Shown: positions 53,739-62,273 of the stretch, in pieces | How the letters are laid out: each line of letters starts with the position of its first letter | Numbering within the stretch: position 1 is the first letter of the stretch | From: Alicycliphilus sp. UBA6560 | GTDB lineage: Bacteria > Pseudomonadota > Gammaproteobacteria > Burkholderiales > Burkholderiaceae_C | Assembly: GCA_002434305.1 (NCBI GenBank) | Contig: DJJU01000001.1 | Coordinates: 53,051 to 117,050, forward strand | Direction: 5' to 3' | Length of the DNA stretch: 64,000 nt | Program-made: the position numbers and the translations under genes | Notes under the pieces: model-generated | Seen by the model: the letters and a program-made list of their open reading frames with translations, nothing else | What the model was told of the DNA's origin: nothing | Database searches by the model: none

Positions 53739-53796
53739 AGGAACACCCTTTCAGTTCTCATTCAATTGCAGTTGCCGGCGCGCGCGGGCCGGCAAC

Positions 53797-53836
53797 GAAA
53801 ACGCCCCTTCTCCGCCGCACGGGCCGAAAAGGGGCG
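53797..53836 (-). terminator. Hairpin plus U-tract between the binding-protein gene and the permease genes (possible attenuator)
   Basis: The minus strand has CGCCCCTT...AAGGGGCG followed by ttttcg. A second strong hairpin GTTGCCGGC...GCCGGCAAC lies at 53771-53795. Confidence 0.45.
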
Positions 53837-53855
53837 GTGCGCCTCAGGTCAGGCC

Positions 53856-54755
53856 TTACTTGATTTCGTAAGACTCCATGGGCTTGTCATTGGGGTTGGC
53901 CCAGGCTTCCTTGGTGGCCTCGGACAGCGGCAGGCCAACCTTCACGTTGTTGGGCGGAATGGGCTGCAGGAACCACTTGTCATACAGCTTGGCCAGCGAG
54001 CCGTCGGCAATCTGGCGCTTGATGGAGTCGTCCACGGCCTTCTTGAAGGCCGGGTCGTCCTTGCGCAGCATGCACGCGATGGGCTCGACGGAGAGCACTT
54101 CGCCCACGATCTTGAAGTCCTGCGGGTTCTTGGACTTGGAGATGTTGGCCGCCAGGATGGAGCCGTCCATGATGAAGGCGTCGGCGCGGCCCGTCTCCAG
54201 CATCAGGAAGCTGTCGGCGTGGTCCTTGCCCATGACCTCCTTGAAGTTCAGGCCTTCGGCGCGCTTGTTCTTGCGCAGCGTCTGCACGGACGTGGTGCCC
54301 GTGGTGGTGACGATGGTCTTGCCGTTCAGGTCCTTGATGCCGGTGATGCCCGACTTGGCATTCACGGCGATGCGCACTTCTTCCACGTAGGTGGTGACGG
54401 CGAAGGCCACTTCCTTCTGGCGTGCCAGGTTGTTGGTGGTGGAGCCGCATTCCAGGTCCACCGTGCCGTTGGACACCAGCGGGATGCGGTTTTGCGAGGT
54501 GACGGGCTGGTACTTGACCTCCAGCTTGGCCAGGCCCAGCTGCTTTTGGATGTCATCTGCGATGCGCTCGCTCATCTCGGTGTGGAAGCCCACGTATTTG
54601 CCGTTGCCCAGCGTGTAGCCCAGGCCGGAGGACTCGCGCACGCCCAGCGTGATGGCGCCCGAGGACTTGATCTTGGCCAGCGTGTCGCCTGCCTGCGCCA
54701 GTGCGCTGCCCGCGGCCAGCAGGGTAATGGCAGCCGCCAACAGTTGTTTTTTCAT
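53856..54755 (-). CDS. gltI: Glutamate/aspartate ABC transporter periplasmic binding protein
   Basis: Signal peptide MKKQLLAAAITLLAAGSALA. LGVRESSGL...TSQNRIPLVSNGTVDLECGSTTNN...CMLRKDDPAFKK...YDKWF closely parallels E. coli GltI motifs. Confidence 0.85.
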   Translation of the reverse strand: MKKQLLAAAITLLAAGSALAQAGDTLAKIKSSGAITLGVRESSGLGYTLGNGKYVGFHTEMSERIADDIQKQLGLAKLEVKYQPVTSQNRIPLVSNGTVDLECGSTTNNLARQKEVAFAVTTYVEEVRIAVNAKSGITGIKDLNGKTIVTTTGTTSVQTLRKNKRAEGLNFKEVMGKDHADSFLMLETGRADAFIMDGSILAANISKSKNPQDFKIVGEVLSVEPIACMLRKDDPAFKKAVDDSIKRQIADGSLAKLYDKWFLQPIPPNNVKVGLPLSEATKEAWANPNDKPMESYEIK

Positions 54756-54857
54756 GGTTATCTCCTTGTAGGGGTGTGAAACGCGGAAAGCGAAAACCGA
54801 GGACGGAAGCGGATGACGCCCCGTCAACGAAGGGCCATATTGTGCGGGCAGCCGAGC

Positions 54858-55748
54858 TCAGAAGGGGACTTGATCCGTAGGGTATTTCCAGAAGTCCCGC
54901 AGCAAATAACTGACCGGCAGATTCAGGGCACGCTGGGTGGGCGCAATGGGCTGCAGGAACCACTTGTCGTAGATCGGCTGGATCTCGCGGCTCTGAATCA
55001 GGCGGCGCATCTCCTCGTCCACCACGGCCTTGAACTCGGCATCGTCCTTGGGCAGCATGATGGCCAATGGCTCGGTGGTCACGAAGCGGCCCACCACCTT
55101 CAACTTGCCCGGCTCGGGGCGGTTGGCCATCAGGCCGAAGAGCAGCACGTCGTCCATCACGAAGGCGTCGGCCTGGCCTTTTTCCACCATCACCACCGCC
55201 GCCTCATGGTCGGGCGCCTCCAGCATCTGGATGCGCATCAGCCGCTCACGGTTGGCCTGCTCGGCCGCCTTCAGGGGCGTGGTGCCCTTGGTGGACACCA
55301 GCTTCTTGCCCTCCAGGTCCTCGATGCGCGTGACAGAGCTGTTCGCCGGCACCAGCAGGCGCGCGCCCGTGATGAAGTGCGGGATGGTGAAGGCCACGTC
55401 CTTGCGCCGCTCCGCGTTGTTGGTCGTGGAGCCGCATTCCATGTCGGCCTGACCGCTCTTGATGATCTCGATGCGGTTGGCCGGCGTCACCTGCAGCAGC
55501 TTGACGGGCATGTCCTTCACGCCCGTCTTCTTGCGCACCGCCTCGGCGATCCGCAGGCACAGGTCCAGCGCATAGCCCATGGGCTTGCCCTGGTCCACGT
55601 AGGAAAACGGCACCGACGACTCGCGGTGCGCGATGACCAGTGGCGCTCCCGTGCGCACGCGTGCCAGCACGTCGCCCGCCTGCGCCAGCGGCACGCAGCA
55701 CAGCAGCGCCAGCGCCGCCAGGGAGTGAAGAGGGGAAGAAAGTGGCAT
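54858..55748 (-). CDS. Second GltI-like amino-acid ABC substrate-binding protein (paralog)
   Basis: VIAHRESSVPFSY...ANRIEIIKSGQADMECGSTTNN...IMLPKDDAEFKA...YDKWF. Confidence 0.8.
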   Translation of the reverse strand: MPLSSPLHSLAALALLCCVPLAQAGDVLARVRTGAPLVIAHRESSVPFSYVDQGKPMGYALDLCLRIAEAVRKKTGVKDMPVKLLQVTPANRIEIIKSGQADMECGSTTNNAERRKDVAFTIPHFITGARLLVPANSSVTRIEDLEGKKLVSTKGTTPLKAAEQANRERLMRIQMLEAPDHEAAVVMVEKGQADAFVMDDVLLFGLMANRPEPGKLKVVGRFVTTEPLAIMLPKDDAEFKAVVDEEMRRLIQSREIQPIYDKWFLQPIAPTQRALNLPVSYLLRDFWKYPTDQVPF

Positions 55749-55841
55749 GGACTGCGCTCTCTCAACGGGTTGATGGAAGAAGCAGGAAAAAGAAAGGCAG
55801 AGATGGCGCGTCGGCCGCTCCTCAACAGAGGCACACCCGGG

Positions 55842-56780
55842 TCATGCCGCCGGTTGCTTCTGGGCAGTGAGATAGCTCCACAGCGCCTGCGCCAGGCTCT
55901 TGCTCGGCTCCTTGCGCGAGGGTTTCTCGCGGTAGGCACGCACGTCCATCACCATCTGCAGTTCCTGCTGCATGGCGGGCGGCGCGGCGTTGACCAGCTT
56001 GCGCGCACGCAGCTCCTTGCGCACCGCGCTGTAGGGTAGAAAGGCCACACCGTGCCCCTCCAGCGCCATGGCCTTCAGGCCCTCGGCCATGTCGGTCTCG
56101 TACACGCGGTCCAGATGAATGGGTATGGCCGCCTGCTTGAGGATCAGCTCCGTCACACGTCCCAGATAGGCGCCCGGCGCGTAACCCAGGTAGGGCAGCG
56201 GCTCGCCCGCCTGGCCTGGCAGCATGTACAGGGGCTGACCGTCGGCGCCGGCCTTGGCATAGGGGGCCAGCGGCTCCTGGCCCAGCGTCACCATCTCGTA
56301 GCGCTCGGAATCGAGCTGGAAAGGCTGCGACGGATGGTGGTAGGCGATCAGCACATCGCAGCCGCCCTCCACCAGCCGCATCACCGCGTCGTGCACGTTC
56401 AGCGCGATCAGGCGGCTCTTGAGCGGGCCGAAGTTCTCGCGCAGGCTGGACACCCAGGCCGGAAAGAAGGTGAAGGCCAGCGTGTGCGGCACGGCGAACT
56501 CGATCATGTCGCTGCTGGTGCTGGAGTGCGCGCGCATCACCGCGCGGGTGTTTTGCAGCGCCTGCAGCACCTCCAGCGCCTGGTCGTACAGGGTGAGGCC
56601 CGCGGGCGTGAGGCTGGTGGGGTAGGAGCTGCGGTCCACCAGATCGGTGCCGGCCCAGGCCTCCAGGGCCTGGATGCGGCGCGAAAACGCCGGCTGCGTC
56701 ACGTGCCGCAGCTGCGCCGAGCGGCTGAAGCTGCGCGTCTCGGCCAGACTGACGAAGTCTTCGAGCCATTTGGTTTCCAT
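55842..56780 (-). CDS. LysR-family transcriptional regulator
   Basis: METKWLEDFVSLAETRSFSRSAQLRHVTQPAFSRRIQALEAWAG. Divergent from the TRAP operon. ATG 56789 is an alternative start. Confidence 0.85.
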   Translation of the reverse strand: METKWLEDFVSLAETRSFSRSAQLRHVTQPAFSRRIQALEAWAGTDLVDRSSYPTSLTPAGLTLYDQALEVLQALQNTRAVMRAHSSTSSDMIEFAVPHTLAFTFFPAWVSSLRENFGPLKSRLIALNVHDAVMRLVEGGCDVLIAYHHPSQPFQLDSERYEMVTLGQEPLAPYAKAGADGQPLYMLPGQAGEPLPYLGYAPGAYLGRVTELILKQAAIPIHLDRVYETDMAEGLKAMALEGHGVAFLPYSAVRKELRARKLVNAAPPAMQQELQMVMDVRAYREKPSRKEPSKSLAQALWSYLTAQKQPAA

Positions 56781-56996
56781 GGCGCGCATTATCGGGCCGC
56801 CGCCCGCGTGCCCTTGCCCGCCCGTGCTGTCCGTTGGGGAACACCCTGCGCCAAGCCCTGCTGCATTTGATTGCAAAATAGGCCGAGCGCACCTATCAGC
56901 CGTGCGCACCGTCCAGGGCCCGCGGCACACGACGCCGGCGGGCTTGCCCAGCGACGCACCCAGCCCGTATGTCCGACTTCCCGCTCTTGCGCCTCC

Positions 56997-57599
56997 ATGT
57001 CTTCCCAACCCACACCCGGGCCGTCCCGCAGCGGCGCCGACGGCGCAGCCGCGCCTGCGGCCGCCACCCCTGACACCGCCCTCTCCTCCTCGCTGCGCCT
57101 GGAAGACTGGCTGACCGTCACCGCCATGGCGCTGCTGGCGCTGATCACCTTCACCAACGTGATCGTGCGCTACTTCACCGATTCCTCCTTCGCCTGGACG
57201 GAGGAGTTCTCCGTCTTCCTAATGATCATGCTGGCCCTGGTGGGCGGCTCCTCGGCCGTGGCGCGCGATCAGCACATCCGCATCGAATTCTTCTGCAGCG
57301 CCGGCACCGCCGCGCGGCGCCGGCGCCTGGCGCAGCTGGGCGCGCTGCTGGTGGCCCTGCTGTTCGCGCTGATCGCGCTCTTAAGCGTGCGCGTGGTGTG
57401 GGATGACTACCGCTTCGAGGAAACGTCGCCCGGCATCGGCGTGCCGCAGTGGTGGTACTCCATCTGGCTGCCCATCCTGTCGGCGCTGATCGCCGTGCGC
57501 GCCGTGGGCCTGCTCAGGCGCCGCACACGCCAGAGCGACGCACAGTACCTGGCCGGCGACGAGCCGCCCGCACCAGCCGCGAAGGAGCAGCAAGCATGA
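56997..57599 (+). CDS. TRAP transporter small permease (DctQ-type)
   Basis: Four hydrophobic helices, including FTNVIVRYFTDSSFAWTEEFSVFLMIMLALVG. ATGA overlap with the large permease. The N-terminal roughly 40 aa are low-complexity, so the start is uncertain. Confidence 0.7.
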   Translation: MSSQPTPGPSRSGADGAAAPAAATPDTALSSSLRLEDWLTVTAMALLALITFTNVIVRYFTDSSFAWTEEFSVFLMIMLALVGGSSAVARDQHIRIEFFCSAGTAARRRRLAQLGALLVALLFALIALLSVRVVWDDYRFEETSPGIGVPQWWYSIWLPILSALIAVRAVGLLRRRTRQSDAQYLAGDEPPAPAAKEQQA

Positions 57600-58894
57600 T
57601 CGCCACGCTGCTCTTCGTCGCCTTCCTCTCGTTGATGTTCCTGGGCGTGCCCATCGGCGCGGCGCTGGGCCTGGCGGGCGCCGCGGCCATCGCCCTGGCG
57701 AACGCCGAGACGCAGTGGTTCGGCCTGCTGGCCGTGCCGCAGAACTTCTATGCCGGCCTGGGCAAGTACCCGCTGCTGGCCATTCCCATGTTCGTGCTGG
57801 TGGGCTCCATCTTCGACCGCTCGGGCGTGGCGCTGCGGCTGGTGAACTTCGCCGTATCCATCGTCGGTCGCGGACCCGGCATGCTGCCGCTGGTGGCCAT
57901 TGCCGTGGCCATGTTCATGGGCGGCATCTCCGGCTCGGGGCCGGCCACAGCCGCCGCCGTGGGCGGGGTGATGATCGCCGCCATGGCACGCGCTGGCTAC
58001 CCGGCCGGCTACAGCGCCAGCGTGGTGGCCAGTGCCGCGGCCACCGACATCCTGATCCCGCCCTCGGTGGCCTTCATCGTCTATTCGGTGCTGGTGCCGG
58101 GCGCATCGGTGCCGGCGCTGTTTGCCGCCGGCATGTTCCCCGGCATGCTGGCCGGCCTGGCGCTGATCATCCCGGCGGTGTGGATGGCGCGGCGCCACGG
58201 CATGGGCAAGCTCGAAGCCGGCCTGCCGCGCCCACCGTTCTGGCGCAGCCTGCGTGAGGCCTCCTGGGGCCTGGCAGCGCCGGTGGTCATCCTGGGCGGC
58301 ATGCGCATGGGCTGGTTCACCCCGACCGAGGCGGCCGTGGTAGCGGTTTTCTACGGCCTGTTCGTGGGCATGGTGGTGCACCGCACCATCGGCGTGCGCG
58401 ACCTGTTTCCCATCCTGCGCGAAGCCGGCGAGCTGTCGGCCGTGATCCTGGTGGTGGTCTCGCTGGCCGGCATCTTCGCGTTCTCGCTGTCCACGCTGGG
58501 CGTGATCGACCCGATCACCCGCGCCATCGTCAGCTCCGGCCTGAGCGAGAGCGGTGTGCTGGCGCTGATCATCGTGCTGCTCTTGATCATGGGCATGTTC
58601 CTGGACGGCATCTCCATCATGCTGATCTTCGTGCCGCTGATGGCGCCCATCATGCTGCACTACCAGTGGGACGTGGTCTGGTTCGGCGTGGTGCTGGTGC
58701 TGACCATCGCCGTCGGCCAGTTCACGCCGCCCATGGCCGTGAACCTGATGGTGTCCGCAAAGATCGCCCAGGTGCGCATGGAGTCCACCACGCGCTGGGT
58801 GCTGTGGCTGGTGCTGGCCATGACGCTGGCCATGATCACCGTGGTGGTGTGGCCGCAGATCGCGCTGTGGCTGCCGGCGCGGCTGGGCTACTGA
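57596..58894 (+). CDS. TRAP transporter large permease (DctM-type)
   Basis: 432-aa polytopic protein with PLLAIPMFVLVGSIF...MFMGGISGSGPATAAAVG...IMGMFLDGISIMLIFVP, typical of DctM. Confidence 0.85.
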   Translation: MIATLLFVAFLSLMFLGVPIGAALGLAGAAAIALANAETQWFGLLAVPQNFYAGLGKYPLLAIPMFVLVGSIFDRSGVALRLVNFAVSIVGRGPGMLPLVAIAVAMFMGGISGSGPATAAAVGGVMIAAMARAGYPAGYSASVVASAAATDILIPPSVAFIVYSVLVPGASVPALFAAGMFPGMLAGLALIIPAVWMARRHGMGKLEAGLPRPPFWRSLREASWGLAAPVVILGGMRMGWFTPTEAAVVAVFYGLFVGMVVHRTIGVRDLFPILREAGELSAVILVVVSLAGIFAFSLSTLGVIDPITRAIVSSGLSESGVLALIIVLLLIMGMFLDGISIMLIFVPLMAPIMLHYQWDVVWFGVVLVLTIAVGQFTPPMAVNLMVSAKIAQVRMESTTRWVLWLVLAMTLAMITVVVWPQIALWLPARLGY

Positions 58895-58954
58895 TCGAAC
58901 GAACGCCGATCTTTTTGTTTTTTCCACTGACCTTCCAATAAAGGAGACCAACCC

Positions 58955-59989
58955 ATGAAACTGCGCACCTTCCTCACCGCCACCGCCGCCGCCAGCGCCC
59001 TGCTGACCCTGGGCCTGCCCGCCGCGCACGCGCAAAACTACAAGAGCGAGTACCGCATGTCGCTGGTGGTGGGCACGGCCTTCCCCTGGGGCAAGGGCGG
59101 CGAGATCTGGGCCAACAAGGTCAAGGAAAAGACCAACGGCCGCATCAACATCAAGCTGTATCCCGGCGTGTCGCTGATCCAGGGCGACCAGACGCGCGAG
59201 TTCTCCGCCCTGCGCCAGGGCGTGATCGACATGGCCGTCGGCTCGACGATCAACTGGTCGCCCCAGGTCAAGCAGCTCAACCTGTTCTCGCTGCCCTTCC
59301 TGATGCCCGACTACGCGGCCGTCGACGCCCTGACCCAGGGCGAGGTGGGCAAAGAGATCTTCAAGACGCTGGAAAAGGCCGGCGTCGTGCCCCTGGCCTG
59401 GGGCGAGAACGGCTACCGCGAGCTCACCAACTCCAAGCACGCCGTGAAGACCCCCGCCGACATGAAGGGCCTGAAGATCCGCGTCGTCGGCTCGCCGCTG
59501 TTCGTGGACACCTTCACCGCCCTGGGCGCCAACCCCACGCAGATGAGCTGGGCCGACGCGCAGCCGGCCTTTGCCAGCGGCGCCGTGGACGGGCAGGAAA
59601 ACCCCATGAGCATCTTCACCGCCGCCAAGCTGCAAAACGTGGGCCAGAAGTACCTGACCATGTGGGGCTACGTGGCCGACCCGCTGGTCTTCGTGGTCAA
59701 CAAGGACGTGTGGAATTCCTGGACGCCCGAGGACCGCGAGCACGTGCGCCAGGCCGCCATCGAGGCCGGCAAGGAAGAGATCGCCATCGCCCGCAAGGGC
59801 ATGATCGAGCCCGGCCAGCCGCTGCTCAAAGACATCGAAGGCATGGGCGTCACCGTCACCCGCCTGTCGCCGGCCGAGCGCGACGCCTTCGTGCAGGCCA
59901 CGCGCGCCGTCTACAACAAGTGGAAGCCCACCATCGGCACGCCGCTGGTGGACATGGCGGAAAAAGCGATCGCCAGCCGCAAGCAATAA
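58955..59989 (+). CDS. TRAP transporter substrate-binding protein (DctP-type)
   Basis: Signal peptide ...LPAAHA. VDGQENP and GYRELTN motifs. 344 aa. Confidence 0.85.
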   Translation: MKLRTFLTATAAASALLTLGLPAAHAQNYKSEYRMSLVVGTAFPWGKGGEIWANKVKEKTNGRINIKLYPGVSLIQGDQTREFSALRQGVIDMAVGSTINWSPQVKQLNLFSLPFLMPDYAAVDALTQGEVGKEIFKTLEKAGVVPLAWGENGYRELTNSKHAVKTPADMKGLKIRVVGSPLFVDTFTALGANPTQMSWADAQPAFASGAVDGQENPMSIFTAAKLQNVGQKYLTMWGYVADPLVFVVNKDVWNSWTPEDREHVRQAAIEAGKEEIAIARKGMIEPGQPLLKDIEGMGVTVTRLSPAERDAFVQATRAVYNKWKPTIGTPLVDMAEKAIASRKQ

Positions 59990-60035
59990 GCCGGGCCGTC
60001 CCGGGGCCGGCGGCGGCCGCCGCCACCGGCCATGT

Positions 60036-60100
60036 GGCTATCAAATTTGATAGCTGCCAGCGCTTGCCCAGCAAGCGTTTGCGCCTGATTTTGCTTGAAA
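60036..60100. repeat. Copy of the intergenic repeat family, with a perfect 18-nt palindrome
   Basis: gctatcaaatttgatagc (60037-60054, a perfect palindrome) followed by tgccagcgcttgcccagcaagcgtttgcgcctgattttgcttgaaa. Confidence 0.7.
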
Positions 60101-60160
60101 ACCTGCCAGCTCTCCCGCCAGCCTGCACCCGTGCCGGCCTGGCGGGATGACACTGTTCCG

Positions 60161-61171
60161 ATGTCCATGAACGAACTGCTTGATCTCTACCGCACCATGG
60201 TGCGCATCCGCGCCTTCGAGGATGCGGCCGAGGCGGCCAGCCAGGGCGGCGTGTCCTGGGGCGGCGCGGCCACCGACGGCGTGGAGGTGCGCGTCAAGGG
60301 CCCGCTGCACCTGTCCACCGGCCAGGAGGGCGTGGCCGCCGGCGTCTGCCGCCACCTGCACGCGCGCGACCTGCTGACCTCCACCCATCGCGGCCACGGC
60401 CACACCCTGGCCAAGGGCGCCGACCCCACCAAGATGATGTGCGAGCTGTTCGGCCGCGCCAGCGGCTACAACGGCGGCAAGGGCGGCTCCATGCACATCG
60501 CTGACTTTTCCGTCGGCATGCTGGGCGCCAACGGCGTGGTCACCGCCGGCCTGCCGATTGCCGTGGGCGCCGCCCACGCGCTGAAGATCCGCGGCGAGGA
60601 CGCCATCGCCGTCAGCTTCTTCGGCGACGGCGCCATCAACCGCGGCCCCTTCCTGGAGGCGCTGAACTGGGCGCAGATCTATGGTCTGCCGGTGCTCTTC
60701 GTGTGCGAGGACAACCGCATCTCGGCCACCACGCAGTCCGCGCCCATGACCGCCGGCGAGCAGGCGGCCAGCGCCCGCGCGCAGGCCCTGGGCATCCCGG
60801 CCGTGCAGGTGGACGGCAATGACGTGCAGGCCGTGAGCGAAGCCGCCCGCACCCTGGTCGGCGCCATCCGCGCCGGCGGCGGGCCGCGCCTGCTGCACGC
60901 GCAGACCTACCGCCTCAAGGGCCACGTCTCCGTGGACCCGGCCAAGTACCGCGACCCGGCCGAGCTGGCCCGGGCGCTCGAAAACGACCCCATCGACCGC
61001 GCCCGCGCGCGCCTGCAGGCCCAGGGCCTGGGCACACAGGCCGCGCAGATCGAGGCCGAGGCGCGCGAGGAAATCGCCGCCGCCGTAGCCACGGCCGCCG
61101 CCGCCCCGCTGCCGCCCGCCGAGGCGGCCTACGGCGACGTTGTCAGCATTGGAGAAGGCGCATGGACATGA
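60161..61171 (+). CDS. TPP-dependent 2-oxoacid/acetoin-type dehydrogenase E1 alpha subunit
   Basis: LSTGQEGVAAGV...HRGHGH...GKGGSMH...FFGDGAINRGPFLEALNWAQIYGLPVLFVCEDN is the TPP-binding motif. Start at ATG 60161. Confidence 0.85.
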   Translation: MSMNELLDLYRTMVRIRAFEDAAEAASQGGVSWGGAATDGVEVRVKGPLHLSTGQEGVAAGVCRHLHARDLLTSTHRGHGHTLAKGADPTKMMCELFGRASGYNGGKGGSMHIADFSVGMLGANGVVTAGLPIAVGAAHALKIRGEDAIAVSFFGDGAINRGPFLEALNWAQIYGLPVLFVCEDNRISATTQSAPMTAGEQAASARAQALGIPAVQVDGNDVQAVSEAARTLVGAIRAGGGPRLLHAQTYRLKGHVSVDPAKYRDPAELARALENDPIDRARARLQAQGLGTQAAQIEAEAREEIAAAVATAAAAPLPPAEAAYGDVVSIGEGAWT

Positions 61172-62187
61172 CGACGACAACGACAACAACGACCACCGCC
61201 ACCCTGAGCTACGCCCAGGCCGCCGCCCTGGCCCTGCAGGAGGCCATGCAGGCCCAGCCCCACATCGTCGCCCTGGGCGAGGACCTGGGCCGCGGCGGCG
61301 TCTTCGGCCAGTACCGGGCCACCGACGGGCGCTGCCTGGTGGAGCACTTCGGCCCGCAGCGCATCCTCGACACGCCGATCTCCGAGGCCACCATCATGGG
61401 CGCCGGGGTCGGCATGGCCCTGGCCGGGCTGCACCCCGTGGTGGAGATGCGCGTGGCCGACTTCGCGCTGTGCGCCATCGACGAGCTGGTCAACCAGGCG
61501 GCCAAGAACCGCTTCATGTTCGGCGGCCAGGGCCGCGTGCCGCTCGTCGCGCGCCTGCCCATCGGCATCTGGACGGCCTCGGCCGCGCAGCACTCGCAGT
61601 CTTTCGAAGCCTGGTTCGCCCATGTCCCGGGCCTGGTGGTGGTGGCGCCCGCCACGCCGCAGGACAACTACAGCCTGCTCAAGGCGTCGCTCGCCAGCGG
61701 CGACCCGGTGGTCTACATGGAGCACAAGGAGCTGTGGGGCCTGCAGGGCGAGGTGGACACCCAGGCCACGGCCGAGCTGGGCCGATGCCGCGTGGCCTTT
61801 GAAGACGGCGGCGGGCAGGACCTGACCATCGTCTCCTGGTCGCGCCAGGTGCATGCCTGCGTGGACGCGGCGCGCACGCTGGCCGCGCAGGGCGTGCGCG
61901 CCCGCGTGCTGGACCTGCGCACCATCTGGCCCTGGGACCGCGAGGCCGTGCTGGCCAGCGCCGCCGCCAGCGGTCGCCTGCTGGTGGTGCACGAAGCCGT
62001 GCAGGCCGCCGGCTTCGGCGCCGAGGTGGCCGCCACCGTGGCCGAGCACACCGGCGCCCGCGTGGCCCGCCTGGGCGCGCCGCGCATCCCCGTGGGCTAC
62101 GCGCCCACGCTGGAGGCCGAATCGCGCATCGGCGCCGCGCGCGTGGTGCAAGTGGCGCAGCAGCTGATGGCCGCAAAAGCGCGCTAG
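61162..62187 (+). CDS. 2-oxoacid dehydrogenase E1 beta subunit
   Basis: VALGEDLGRGGVFG...DTPISEATIMGAGVGMALAG...VVVAPATPQD. N-terminal MDMTTTTTTTTTAT run. Overlaps the alpha gene by 10 nt. Confidence 0.85.
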   Translation: MDMTTTTTTTTTATLSYAQAAALALQEAMQAQPHIVALGEDLGRGGVFGQYRATDGRCLVEHFGPQRILDTPISEATIMGAGVGMALAGLHPVVEMRVADFALCAIDELVNQAAKNRFMFGGQGRVPLVARLPIGIWTASAAQHSQSFEAWFAHVPGLVVVAPATPQDNYSLLKASLASGDPVVYMEHKELWGLQGEVDTQATAELGRCRVAFEDGGGQDLTIVSWSRQVHACVDAARTLAAQGVRARVLDLRTIWPWDREAVLASAAASGRLLVVHEAVQAAGFGAEVAATVAEHTGARVARLGAPRIPVGYAPTLEAESRIGAARVVQVAQQLMAAKAR

Positions 62188-62262
62188 CAAACCAGTCTGC
62201 TAGCAAAACAGGAGCTGCTGGCGCTTGCTGCACAAGCGCTGGCGGCTCTTTTTGCTTGTATT
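62181..62262. repeat. Copy of the intergenic repeat family, between convergent genes
   Basis: gcgctagcaaaccagtctgctagcaaaacaggagctgctggcgcttgctgcacaagcgctggcggctctttttgcttg. Confidence 0.6.
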
Positions 62263-62273
62263 TCCTGCGGGCG

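Noticed and set aside
60010-60025. Perfect GC palindrome GGCGGCGGCCGCCGCC after the TRAP binding-protein gene
   Set aside because: It is probably just a stable hairpin contributing to termination together with the adjacent repeat-family copy. It has no U tract and nothing suggests a specific protein site.
61165-61200. Poly-Thr coding run (acgacgacaacgacaacaacgaccacc) as a phase-variable simple-sequence contingency locus
   Set aside because: The run is an imperfect mix of ACG/ACA/ACC codons, not a perfect mono-, di- or tri-nucleotide repeat. Any slippage in units of 3 would keep the frame. It is most likely a flexible N-terminal tail.
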